Shown here piece after piece: positions 1 to 12,622 of a DNA stretch of 64,000 bases; the stretch's first letter is position 1; each line of letters starts with the position of its first letter. The notes beneath the pieces were generated by a model. That model was not told the origin of the DNA and did no database searches. It saw nothing but the letters and a program-made list of their open reading frames with translations. Source of the DNA: Callorhinchus milii (Eukaryota); the NCBI RefSeq assembly GCF_018977255.1, contig NW_024704743.1, positions 111,168,001 through 111,232,000 of the forward strand, written 5' to 3'. A program made the position numbers and the translations under genes.

Positions 1-489
1 TGCATCTCACTGAAACAGTCACATGCAGCACTCAGTTGACATGAATTCATTGTGAGTGTTTGTGAGGCAGTAACCCACTCAAGCCCCTCAGGCATTTTTC
101 TGATAATAGATTGTTTTTAGCAGTAAACAATGAGTCAACCTGACAGTGAGCAACACCAGTAAAGTCATTCCAGACACAAAGAAGTGCTCAAGCAGGCAAC
201 CCACACACACTGTGGAGATTGCCGGAGAGAACTCCTGGCTGACGAAGGGAATATTAACCAGTAAGTCTGGAGGACAATCTCTGAATCATAAACATTGTGA
301 GATAATGATGGTGATATCTGTTTCAATGAGATAATCTCAGTTGGGTCCGCAGTACAGCTAATGTCAGAACAGTCAGCCTGACTCATTGGAAGCACTGCAG
401 AGACCATGGGAGCAGGGATTCTCCCCACTCAGCTCTGATTGATACCTGTGTCTGAGTTTGATGGTCTCCTTGGGCAAGACTGAGGTGGT

Positions 490-630
490 TAGATATTTGT
501 TAGGTCAGGGTATCAAGGGATATTGGGCAACGGCTGGTAATTGGAATTGAGGTACAGATCAGACATGATCTTATAGAATGGTGGAATAGGCTCGAGGAGC
601 TGAATGTTCTACTCCTGTTTCTATGTTTCC
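490..630 (+). mobile_element. CR1 3'UTR fragment (similar pieces at 5780-5965, 7795-7900, 10190-10330, 37870-37940, 51190-51390)
   Basis: catgatcttatagaatggtggaataggctcgagg...tactcctgtttctatgtt matches the tail of the 8084 element. Confidence 0.75.
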
Positions 631-2379
631 ATGGACACTGATTTGCACCGAACCTCAGGTACCTGTGCCTGAGGCTGATACTCTCCTTGCCTACAAAATA
701 CACAGACACCCCGTGTTAAGTTGATCGTGTGAAGTGTTTTGAGACATTCTCCAGATATGAAAGGACCATATCAAATGTAAGAATTATTATTTTGCCATAT
801 TTGGGATTGAGCAACCCATGCAAATAGGCTGCAGCTTTTGCCTTCAAATACACATTACAGAAATGCTGTGAAGCTCTTTGAGGCATAACATCAAATGCAA
901 GGAAGACTTGACTTCTTCCTTAAATCACCCTTGAACCAACAAGACTATATTTGTCTACAAAATACAGAGTCACTACGCTTTCCAGTTAATCCTTTGAAGG
1001 GCTTTGAGACAATGTGAAGATAAAATATCAAATGCAAAGATTATAATTAAGACTATTCTTAGTCTCTTTCTTTGTGCACCTCAACTGAAGGAACCAAAAT
1101 ACTCTCACCTAGATCTAGGTTCAATGCTTAGTCTATGTTGAATCAGTTGTCTTCATTTAGCATAACGGTTAGGGCCACTACTATTGGCCTTAGCAACCCA
1201 GAGCCAGAAAAGCAAAGTAAAATATGGGGGAGGGGGGGAGGGTAACAACACAAGAATTTGCTAAACGGAAGAAGACCAAGGTCCATCCAGTTCATTTTCC
1301 ACCATTCTGGCAGTCGCATGCACATGTCATGAACCAAACTATATACTATATTCTGAGATATTATTTCCTAACAGTAACCTAATGTAACAAAGGGGAAGGG
1401 GGGAGAGAGACATAAATAATAACTGGGGCATAAACTCTGTCTGTGTCTAAAAGGAAGGCATTAACTTGTAAAATCCTTGTAATGTCGGTGCTCGCTCATC
1501 CACTGGAAATCTGCTGCAATGTTTAATTGCTCAATCCATGTTTTTTTTTCTCCTATGTTTCCTCCAAAATGAAACATTGTTTTATACATTTTGAAAAGCC
1601 AACATTATCATTCTCGGCCTTCCACCACACATCCATTTTAATATGTCTCACAAGAGCCTTGAAGCAAGCGCATTACATCAGTGACTGTTGACAAAATGAC
1701 AAAGGATTTTATAGGAGGAAAGGCCATTAGTGCACGCTGAGCCACTTTAACATGGTAAATTAATCCTTGTGAACGCTGCACAAAAGCATAATACACTCAC
1801 AACAATGCTAAGTCTCTAGGAGATGGTTCGGAAAGACATTATCTGCTTGCCATACATAGAAAGAGTAAAAAAAAGTCGTAAGAGTGCAGTACTAACATAT
1901 ATTTGACATTTTTATTAAAAAAAGATTAGTAGCACGGGCGTCTAATTTGAGTATTCCTGTTTTAACAGCTACTGCAACAGTGACTTTATTGGTCTGGAGT
2001 TAGAAGAATTATCGATTCAGGAGCTGGCACAGTATAGTTGCTGACCTGTATGTGGGACATCACTTTGTGCAAATTGGCCTCCACGTTTACCGTACACAGT
2101 CACTATAGTTACAGTAAATCCTGGAGTGAAGCAAGCAAAATGAAGTGTTTTGAGATATCCTCCTGACGATAAAGGTGCTATATCAAATGCAAACATTTTT
2201 ATTATTATATATGAATAGTTCTATTTTTGTATTGTATTATTTTGTGGTAATTGTTGGTAAATGTTCTAAACCTATCATATTATTATTTTGCTATAGCATG
2301 CATATTTGACACATACACTCGTTTGATTTAAGGGAAATGTCTATCTTTTTTTAATCTTGCCTCTCTATAAATAAATAAA

Positions 2380-2670
2380 CTCTGCATTTGATATAGAACC
2401 TTTCACGCTGGGAGGACATCTCAAAGCATTTCACACGATATACTGTAAAATATAGTGACTGTGTATATTTGTAAGGAGCCAGTTTGTACACAGCAATTTC
2501 ACACAAACAGCCATGAAGTGAATGAACAATTTTATTTGGGGGATTGTTTGCAAGGACACTGGGAGAAACTCCCTTTTTTTTCGAATAATGCCTTGGGATC
2601 TTTAACATCCACCTGAACAGGCAGAGGGGTCCTTGGTTTAACATCTCATCTGCAGGACTTCATCTTGAAC
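2380..2670 (-). mobile_element. SINE family B, 3' two-thirds
   Basis: gggatctttaacatccacctgaacaggcaga core and tail in reverse. Confidence 0.82.
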
Positions 2671-4082
2671 AATGACGAGTCTAGTCTATATGAATTCAAA
2701 GTTCCACATAAATTTTGGACTCACAACATTCTGACTCTTTTGAATGCTCTTCTGATTCAGAGCTAACTGAGCCAGGCTGGCACACTATGTATGACACAAT
2801 TTTGAGTGTTGCTGTCTCAGCGGTTGTTAAAGAGTCTTCCAGGAATTATGTGAACATACTCTCTCCAGTAGCTTCACTGCTGGGAAGCCTATGGGAACAA
2901 GTGACATCCCATTCTAACAGATGCACATGATTGCCATTTCTCTTAGGTACAATGCAAGCAAGTCAATTTGATAGAAAGCTGAACCTCTGTAAGGATTAAG
3001 AGGGCGAAGCTCCTTTAGCCATTACGATGGTGATTTTCATGATGTTTGTTAACAATGGAAACATCTATTAGAGGTGCAGAATGCATAGGCACTGCACTTA
3101 GTAACAAGAGAAATTAATATATAATAATAATGTTTTTCAACAGGATTAACAATGTCAGGAGGACGTCTCAAAATGATTAACGGAGGCTGGGAGTGGTGGA
3201 AGGGTTGCTGAGGAATGGACGGGGTTTGGGGGAAGGATTCTAGAGAGCAGGGGCAGAATGGCTGGAGGATCCCCTGCCGATGGTGGCAAATCAAGCAGGG
3301 GACATGAAGTTGGTTGGTGTTCAATGAGTGGTCATGACGGTAGGGGTGCAGGACATGATAGAGGTAGGTTTGGGGCCATGGAGAGATTTAAATACGATGA
3401 CATGAATCTTGAATTTCATTACATTAATACTGTATTATTTTGCTTTGCGCTCTCAATTTTGACTGATTTTTGTGAATGTGTTTGTTTGTGGAATGAGTCT
3501 TGATGATATAGTTAGAGAGAAAGGTGTGGAATGGCTGCTGAGGCTGATGGTTTAAGGAGCTGAGGTAATATACACGGGGGGATCGTTAATACCAATAGTG
3601 CTATTTAACACATGCACCGAATTTAACAACCTTATGATAATTCACCCACTTAGTGTGCTGAACATGGTTAACCCCCTCTATACCCTTCTCAATGAACACA
3701 TAATTCATAGAATATCGGCTTTAGAAACAAATAAATGGGTATCAGCCTAGCAGTACTCTTGCCTCTGGGTCAAAAGGCTGTGGGTTCAAGCCTCGCATTG
3801 GGACTTTGAGCTCACAGACCAGGCTGACACTCCAATCTGGGGCTGGGGCATGGGAGTGCTGCATTGTTGGAGGTGAAAATATTAGGCTGGCAAGAGACAA
3901 GACTTGGGGATCCCAGAGTATGCATTGAGGTAAAGCTGAGTTTATCTATCTAAAATTGCAAAGCTTGCCATTGGAAGCACTGTCTGGCAAGTGTGCCTTG
4001 TCCAGTAAGATCAACTCAATTTGTCAGGGTTTTGACTTGCAGGGTTAAGAGGAGTTCAATGGGAAGAATTTCTGTTCACAGT

Positions 4083-4555
4083 TGTCAGCCGAGGTAACAT
4101 TGTCCGACGATGCCAGCTTTACCCTAATTGTTCTCACCCAGATTTTACACACACTATGTCCAGCAGGTCACTGGATGAGTCAGAGTCTAAGTGCAGGTGG
4201 ATTTTTCTGTCCCTAACTAACTAGCACTGATGCCATATATAGCTGACTCACACCTCCCTACCTATGCAATTTGCTTACAGCCCACTCCACCACCCACTGC
4301 TCCGCTCGGCCGTGCCTTCAGCCACTATGCCCGAAACTCCCTCTCCCTCTGACTCAGGGTCAGACTCCGCCACCGTCAAGTGCTCCGGGGCACTACCCTG
4401 TGTGAAGGGCGCTATAAAAATGCAAGTTGTTGTTGTGGACTCCAGCACTGGCCAGACCGAGGTCAGCTGATCCAGGAGAGAATTGAACTTGGAACCTCCT
4501 AGTTCTATATGGCTCATATCCACAGTGAACAGTGGCTTTATCAACTGAGACACCT
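4083..4555 (-). mobile_element. Old SINE-like repeat family C (other pieces 35515-35575, 38845-39090, 50960-51190, 53140-53342)
   Basis: A-box-like TCTCAGTTG and B-box-like AGTTCAATTC on the minus strand; recurring motifs caggctatttgaccac, ctgatttttc, agcacagatc among copies. Confidence 0.55.
4250..4437 (+). mobile_element. L2 3' end inserted into repeat family C
   Basis: gaagggcgctataaaaatgcaa(GTT)n; flanked by direct repeat GACTC (4245-4249, 4438-4442). Confidence 0.8.
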
Positions 4556-5185
4556 CAGAAGCTCACAAGCTTAAATGTTTGATTGTGTTTATACCAGGGG
4601 GAGCTAGGTTTAAACAGCGCTGTGGTAACAATAAGAAATTAATCTGGAATTTTCAGTTGCAATTTGCATGTGGTAGCATGCTGTCATGAATTTACATGAG
4701 ATTTTGCACACGTGCAATTAATTCACTCTTTTTTTCCTCTCTCTCTCTCTTCCTGCCGCTGGATTGAAATAAAAAAAAGAGAGTAACGTTCAGATTTAGG
4801 TATAGAGGCTTGTGCAAAACAGTATTCCAAATACTCTGCACATCTCTTACCTGCACTGCTGTGGGCCAAGGAAATACATCCGGTGAAATCTGAGAAGAAC
4901 TGACTTCAGGAAAATAAGATGCAGAACAATTTACTATTAATTTCCACAACACAGCGCCTGGGGACTAAAGCAGACAGTGAGCTGTCATTTACAGTAATTC
5001 CGGTGAGCGTTAAAATGAGAACGAGCTGACTGATAGATCACTTACCATTATCAAGCTTTCTGTTCCTTCAGCTTTTCACCAACTGGTATCCGAAGATCTT
5101 CACTTACTGCAGTATTTTGCGGTTAATATCTTGACTTAATATCTTATTTTGAGATCAGTAATTCTGGTAATAAGTCTCTTCTTAC

Positions 5186-5407
5186 CATATGTATGTGGCC
5201 ATGTGTCACGGTTATGCGGTTCTGATTGGGCATTGATGTGCCCGGCCTGTGCCTTGCCGATGTCTTCCAGTGATTTTACATCAATCATGTGTGGGTGGAT
5301 CACTTCTCTCCACGTGGAATAATTATACGATAAGTGAGGCGCACTAAGTGAGGCGTTCATCCACAAAGAGGAGATGATTTGCCAAGAATACGCAAGGATT
5401 CTTCCCG
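5186..5407 (-). CDS. Candidate 222-nt internal exon, phase 1-1
   Basis: Acceptor atttttcatccccttacatttcacag|, donor ATG|GTAAGA; only the phase-1 frame is open (GRILAYSWQIISSLWMNASLSAPHLSYNYSTWREVIHPHMIDVKSLEDIGKAQAGHINAQSEPHNRDTWPHTY); NAS and NYS sequons. Confidence 0.45.
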
Positions 5408-5530
5408 CTGTGAAATGTAAGGGGATGAAAAATGCCACTTTTCATGACCGATTTGATAACTATCCAATGTGTTAGCAAATCTATTATGAAATGTAGGAGT
5501 TTTTCCTTTATTTCTAAAGACTCCACCGTA

Positions 5531-5775
5531 GACCTGGGTTTGATTCCCGGCAGGGTGAAACCTTAGGCAAGTTTTCTTACTCCACACGCCTGATAATAGT
5601 CCGTCAAAAAAAAAACAATAATAATTTGGACACTCAATCCACGACTGTTTGTGGGACACTGCTGTGCTAAATTGGCTGCCGAGTTTCACTCACAAAATAC
5701 ACAGTCAATTCACTTTACAGTATATTCTTCTAGATGTCTCAAAGTGCTATATCAAATGCAAGGATTATTATTATT
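5531..5775 (+). mobile_element. SINE family A, 5'-truncated
   Basis: Starts at B box gacctgggtttgattccc; (ATT)n tail. Confidence 0.85.
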
Positions 5776-6135
5776 TTTATAAAGACTCACCAGGATATAA
5801 AGGGAATTTTAGATTTGTTTTTCACCTCGAGAGTTGCTGGGACGTGGAATGCCCTGGTAAATAAGGTGAGAGAAGCAGAGTTTATTGTGTGTTTCAGGAG
5901 GGAAGTAGACAGGTACATGAAAGATAGGGATACGGAGATAGGGTGGGGGCAATTGGATTGAATGGACATCTTACTCTGAGAGTCAGTGGATTGATTTTAA
6001 CATCCTCATTTATAAATTCCTTTCTACTCGAGCACCTCCCTAACTCTACCTCGTACACCACTCCTCCGCTCAGTAAAAATCAGATCTGCTGTGCATCCCT
6101 TGCTCCTTCCATGCCACGGTGTCCGTCCCCTGTCA

Positions 6136-6486
6136 TTATAATAACAATAATCCTTGCATTTGATATAGCGCTATTCACGTCTTCTAGACGTCTCAAAGCG
6201 CTTCACAGAATATCCGGTAAAGTGAATTGACTGTATGTTTGTGGGCGAAAGGCTGCAGGCAATTGCACACAGCAGTGTCCCACAAACAGTCGTGGATTGA
6301 AATGACCAATTTTTTTTTGAGGGATTATTAAGGAAACTTGCCCAAGGTGTCACCCTGCTGGGAATCGAACCCAGGTCTCCCACTTGAGGCGCTCTGAGAC
6401 GCCGTTCGGCGTGGAGGGCACTATATAAATCCAAGTTGTTGTTGTTGTTGAGAGGCAAGTGCTCTGACCACTGAGCTACTGGACTC
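6136..6486 (-). mobile_element. SINE family A with a ~60-bp L2 tail inserted in its head
   Basis: Head split at cccacttgag|...|ttgagaggcaagtg; duplicated TTGAG at 6384-6388 and 6448-6452. Confidence 0.85.
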
Positions 6487-6571
6487 TTGCAAATTAAACG
6501 ATAAGAGGGCATTTCTGCAGCTTCATTATGAGCGCTATGTGCAAATGCATGTTGTTGTTGTTGTACTGTGA

Positions 6572-6882
6572 CATGCTGCATTGTTGGAGGTGCTGTCCAC
6601 GTTAACTCAAGGTCCTGTCTACCTGTTCAGGTTGATGTTAAAGATCCCATAGCACTATTTGAAAAGAGAAGGAAGTTTCTCCTGGTGTCTGGGCCAAGAA
6701 TACCCCCAAATAAAAATGTGGGCATTCACTTCATGGCTGTGTGTACACCATTGCTGTGTGCAAATTGGCTGCAGAGTTTGCCTACAATTACACAGTTACC
6801 CCACTTTACAGTAAATCCTGTGAAGCACCTTAAGACATTTTGACGACGTGATAAGGCGTTGTATCAAATGCAAGATTTATTA
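6572..6882 (+). mobile_element. SINE family B, 3' two-thirds
   Basis: gatgttaaagatcccatagcactatttgaaaagag core and tail. Confidence 0.82.
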
Positions 6883-8083
6883 CAATTACAGGTGCCCTTA
6901 ATTTTGTAATTGATGGAAAGGATTACACTTACATTTACACAATGTGCGCACAACTTGGATAATAATCTCCCATTATCTATAAATTTTATTATATTACAAG
7001 AATGCTCTCTCCAATCCACTTAGGAATACTGTGAACAGCTCGGACCGTAGAACAAATCCTTTACAAATGCAGCAGTCACTGTCTCCCACAGAAAGAATTT
7101 TCTATGTAAGTAATCACTTTCTACTTCCTAATTGCTATGCTAATTTCCATTAAATTCCATAACCCTTAACATTGTTCCCAATTCTAGTCAGTTTTCTACC
7201 TGGGGTAAATGGATGAAATTTCACATTGACCCAAAGGAGTGAAGAAGGTGTTAATTAACACAAGTAACATAACTATGGGATGCTGTTGTGAATATTGGGA
7301 AGATTAAATGGAGCACCAGAATGGTGCCAGAATCACTTGAAAGAAAATATCGGAAAGGTTTGACGGTTAAAGAGCTGAAAGTTGCTATTGATATCAAAGG
7401 CTCATTACATGATAAGACTGTGACATGAGTCACATTCTCTCTTTGCTTTAAGTAACTATGGCGACTGTGATTAGAAAGCAAATTGTAGGTCTGGCCAGAA
7501 GTTAGATGAATATTACAGTTGAAGCGAAACCCCCTCTTTACGCCCATCTTAAGCGTTTGGCTTTTTAGATTAAAGCAACAAATAACTGCACTTATGTATA
7601 ATTATCATGTATATAACTTACATGTGTGATACATTAGATACATATATATGCGTGTGTTATATTTATTATACACATTGTGTCAAGTATTGTATATTGTTGT
7701 GTATTATATATTTTATGCTGTGCAATATGCTTATGGACCCCACTTAGTCTTTCTTTAGACGAGGCCAGGATGCTGGGGCTCATTTAAAAAGCAGCTTCAT
7801 GTTGTGGTGGGAAGATGGTAAGGTGGGTGTTCTGGAGGGATGTGACCAGATGGGCCGAAGGACCTTCTTAATCTGAACCAATCTTGTGATCTTGTGATGA
7901 TCCTTGTTGTTCCTTTTGATGCACTAATGGGAATTCTTATATGATATTGCAATATATGATGCATATTAGGTATATAATAGGCAATATATATAACTCTAAA
8001 ATATATTTGAGAGTAAATCCTGTGAAGCGCTTTGAGACATCCTCCCAGTGCAAGCATTATTATGATTTTGACATGATATATCA

Positions 8084-9800
8084 TTAAACAAGTACTTTGA
8101 TACTGTCTTCACCTTAGAAGACACTGAAAACCTACCAAGAATAGAGGGGAACCAAGAAGACAATGTTAGCGAGCAACTTGGGGAAATTAATATTAGTAAA
8201 GAAATGGTTTTAGGTAAATTGTCAGGTCTTAAAACTGATAAATCCCCTGGACCTGATTGCCTACATCCTAGAGTTTTAAAAAGGTGGCTACTGAGACAGT
8301 GGATGGCTTGTCTTTGATCTTCCAAAGTTCTCTGGATTCTAGAACGGTTCCTTTTGATTGGAAGATTGCAAACGTAACACCACTATTTAAGAAGGGTGGG
8401 AGAAAGAACATGGGGACCTATAGACCAGTTAGTCTGACATCAGTGGTCGGGAAAATTCTTGAGTCCTTAATTAAGGATGTCGTTATGGGATTCCTGGAAG
8501 ACCATAACAAGGTTAGGCAGAATCAACATGGCTTTACAAAAGGGAAGTCATGCTTAACTAATCTTTTAGAGTTTTTCGAAGATGTATCTTGCAGGTTAGA
8601 TAGGGGGAAACCAGTAGGTGTAGTATATTTCGATTTTAAGAAGGCATTTGACAAAGCCTATTGCACAAGGTTAAGGCCCATGGGATTAATGGGAACATAT
8701 TAGCATGGATTAAAGAATGGCTAACGGGTAGAAAACAGAGAGTAGGGATAAACGGGTCATTCTCGAATTGGCAGGATGTGACTAGTTGAGTGCCACAAGG
8801 ATCAGTGCTTGGGCCTCAGCTATTTACAATTTACATCAATGATCTAGACGAGGACATTGAATGTAACATATCTAAATTCGCGGATGACACTAAACTAGGT
8901 GGGAGAGTAAGCTCTGAGGATGATGCAAAAAGATTGCAATGGGATATAGATAGGCTAGGGGAGTGGGCGAGTAGGTGGCAGATGGAATTTAATGTGGGGA
9001 AGTGTGAAGTTATTCACCTAGGTAGCAAAAATAGAAAAACAGATTATTTTCAAGAGGGGGAGAGATTAGATAGTGTTAGTGCTCAGAGGGATTTGGATGT
9101 CCTTGTACACCAGTCTCAAAAAGTTAGTTTGCAGGTGCAGCAAGCAACTAAGAAGGTGAACTGCATGTCAGCGTTCATTGCAAAAGGTTTGGAGTATAAG
9201 AATAGGGCAGTCTTGCTGCAATTGTATAGGGCCTTGGTGAGATCGCACCTAGAGTATTGTGTGCAGTTTTGGTCTCCTTATTTAAAAAAGGACATACTTG
9301 CCTTAGAGGGGGTGCAGCGTAGATTCACTAGGTTAGTTCCTGGGATGAGGGAACTGACCTATAGGCTGAATAAACTAAGGCTGTATTCTCTAGAGTACGG
9401 AAGAATTAGGTGAGATCTTATTGAAACATATAAGATTCTTAAAGGGCTGGATAAAGTAGACACTGAGGGACTGTTTCCCCTGGTAGGAGAATCTATAACC
9501 AGGGGTCACAGTCTTAAAATTAAGGGTCAGCCTTTTAGAACAGAGTTGAGGAAACATTTCTTCACTCAGAGGGTAGTGAATTTATGGAATTCACTACCCC
9601 AGAAGGTTGTAGATGCTCAGTCCTTGAACATCTTCAAGGCTGAGACTGATAGATTTTTCTAAAAATAGAGGGATTAGGGGATATGGGGATAGGGCAGGTA
9701 ATTAGAGTTAGGTCAGAAGATCAGCCATGATCTTATCGAATGGCGGGGCAGGCTCGAGGGGCCGAATGACCTACTCCTGCTCCTAATTCTTATGTTCATA
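8084..9800 (+). mobile_element. CR1-clade LINE, 5'-truncated, decayed ORF2 RT plus 3'UTR
   Basis: Motifs KSPGPD, YRPVSLTS, NQHGF, KSCLTNL, DFKKAFD, PQGSVLGP, KFADDTK, HLEYCVQFWSP across frameshifts/stops; 3' end ggctcgaggggccgaatgacctactcctgctcctaattcttatgttc. Confidence 0.96.
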
Positions 9801-10409
9801 TTTTCTTATTATATAACATATACTGTACATAATCCATATTCAACATTACTTTTGATTATATTAATAAAATTCTGGACAAAGCTCGCTGTACTTTTTGTCT
9901 CTCCTGACTGAGAAATCGCCACAGCCACGAGCCGATAATTCAAAGGAACTTTAAGCAGGGATTCCATAATCATTAACACTGGAGGAAAACCATGGCGTTA
10001 TCTTGGTTTTACTAACATCAACTGATATCTACATATGATTAGGATAATCCTGATAAATGGATCAACCTCAGTGAGGTTATAATGGGAAGATCACAGTCAT
10101 GATTGGTTTATTGCATAGACTTAAACAATCAAAGTAAAGACTGATGTTAATACCTGGATGAAGAGGTTTAGCTGTAATAGAGGTTGGGTAAGCATGTATT
10201 ATATTCCCTAGAGCTGAAGAGGTTAAGGAGTGATCTGATTGAGGTGTTTAAAATAACGAATGGTATCGAGAAACTAGATTAAGGGACAACTCTTCTCTCG
10301 AATAGACATATTCAAAACAAGGGGACAGTATTTCATACCAATTTGGAGAATACCATGTTAACGCAACTTTTAACATGTTTTACCCTATGTTCCATTTTCC
10401 TATGCTACA

Positions 10410-10768
10410 GGACGCAAACCCCACATTGGGACTCTGAGCTCACAGTCTAGGCTGACACTTTAGGTGGGGGTGGGGGGAAGTGCTGCATTGTCAGAGTTGC
10501 CGTCCTTTGTTGGAGAAATTAAACCGATGTCCCGTCTGCCTGTTCAGGTGGACATTAAAGATCCCATGGCACTACTTGGAAAGAGAAGGAAGTTTCTCCT
10601 AGTGTCCTGGCCAAAATCCCCTAGATAAAAATGGTCACTCACTTCATAGCTGTTTGTGGGACATTGCTGTGTGCAAATTGGCTGTCTACAAATACACTGC
10701 ATATTACAATAAAATCTTGAGACATTTTGACAGTGTGATAAGGCACTGCATAAAATGTAAAGATTATA
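10410..10768 (+). mobile_element. SINE family B, head truncated
   Basis: gagctcacagtctaggctgacac, Deu-type core, tail. Confidence 0.82.
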
Positions 10769-12207
10769 TACAACAATACCAATGTACTCATAGAGGTGGC
10801 TTTAATTCCTTCAACAATAAACAGCAGGATCCAAGCACTTATCTGAACTGGTAGTTGCTCAATATAAATAATTGGATAAAGTGAACACTTAGCACTTGTT
10901 GAAAGTTATAACATCACCATAAAAATTAAGAGCAACCGTCATAGTAAATTTACACTGTAAAACAAATCACAGTGTTATTCCAGTTCATTACAGAGCAATT
11001 GATATTCAAAAGTTACTGAACCAACTATACACTATTTATAAGGTAATGGGGTGAAAAGTGCGATACATGATCTGATAATTAGCACCAGTTATAAAAATTA
11101 CATTCCGCTTCCTGGAGATGGTCCCAGTTGATAATAATAATCTTATTAATAATAATAATCCTTGCATTTGGTATAGCACCTTCTCATGTTGTTGAGACGT
11201 CTCAAAGCGCTTCACACAATATACAGTAAAGCGAATTGACTATATTTTGTGGGTGAAACTTTGTGATGACTGTTGCTGGAAACATCCCCCGTTTGAATTT
11301 TGTTCAAACGGTTGTGCCCAAAGCCACTTGCTCTAGCTATTGAGCAGCCCAGCCCTGATCTTTTAGGCTTGTTAAGCTTGTTATGCCCGAGACCAGCATT
11401 CAAATGCTGGGATCTAGATGGGGGCGGTTTGGGTTTAACATTTTCAGTGAAGTCGGGGTGGGTGGTGGGAGGTGTTCCACTGTTAGTCATTGATCGGGAC
11501 ATTTCCATGTCCCCCATTGTGAAATGATCCCATCACAAATCACAGTTTCCAAGGCCATTTTTCACAACAATCCTGTCAGGTGTTTGAGGACTTTTAAGTT
11601 AAATATATGAGTGATTCAATTTAATCTTTCTTCAATTTAATCTTTCTTAGTTGTACATATTCTATTGAATTCTCCCCTCATTACATTTCAGCCTGAAATA
11701 ACTTAAGGCATATTTTCTGAATCTGAGAGGTCACCGAATTGGTTAATCAATAACTCCATTTCAAGACAAAAAATGTGTAATTGATTTAATCAGTTCAATG
11801 AATTCAATTAAATCTGGTAATTATTGCATTCCACAAACCATATGTTCAATGGGTTACATTATCAGTCTGCCTAACTGTACTGAGAGTCCAGGGGATTAGT
11901 CTCTGCTTAATGGAGAGTATGTGAACTCCGGCAGAAGGCGTAAACAGGAGAGGAGAATTGGGAATCAGTTTGAAATGCATGGCCATGAAATTTCTCCTCT
12001 GCTTTAAATAAAGGCTGCAAATTCTGTGCATCTTTTTCCACAAGGTCAACATAGAAGACATTTAATGGTGAAGCATGGGCTTTCTGAGAAACTCAGAATA
12101 CCTCTCACTTTCCAGTCACTGCCATTGTTGCTCAACCATGTTGTGGTTGGCACCAGGAGTGTTTGCTTTGGTGATGTTGCACTGCTGTTGATGAGCAAAT
12201 GTAGGCT

Positions 12208-12622
12208 CCAGCCTGGCTCAATTAGTAGCACTCTCGCCTCTGAGTCAGAAGGTTATGAATTCAAGCCTCATGTCATGACTTTGAGTTAATATAGTGCTGG
12301 GGAGATTGTACGAGGTTCCGTGCTTCGGATGAGACATTAAACCGAGGCCCCGTCTGCCTGTTTAGGTGGATGTTAGCGATCCCAGGGCACTATTTGAAAA
12401 GAGAATGCAGTTTCTCCCAGTATAATAGTCAATAATCCCCCAGATAAAATTGGCCATTCACTGCATGGCTATGTGTAGGAGATTGCTGTGTGCAAATTAA
12501 CTGCTGCGTTTGCCAACAAAATACACAGTCGCTAAACGTTACAGTAAATTCTGTGAAATGCTTTGAGATGTTCTCCCGATGTGAAAGGAGCTATATCAAA
12601 TTCAAGAATTGTTATTATTATT
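12208..12622 (+). mobile_element. SINE family B (SacSINE1-like Deu-domain SINE), near full length
   Basis: Head cagcctggctca...ctctgagtcagaagg; Deu-type core gatgagacattaaaccgaggccccgtctgcc...aggtggatgtta...gatccc; L2-type tail. Family name from recalled consensus. Confidence 0.85.

Noticed and set aside
5046..5106. Small minus-strand exon with strong GTAAGT donor
   Set aside because: Weak acceptor and stops in all three frames; unsupported as coding.
8284..9413. Functional reverse transcriptase
   Set aside because: 5'-truncated, no endonuclease, with frameshifts and a stop before PQGSVLGP.
11212..11527. ORF with repeated GHN(K/R)LNK and hairpin GGGACAT-ttcc-ATGTCCC
   Set aside because: Runs into a SINE tail, no splice signals, no second copy; cannot be classified.
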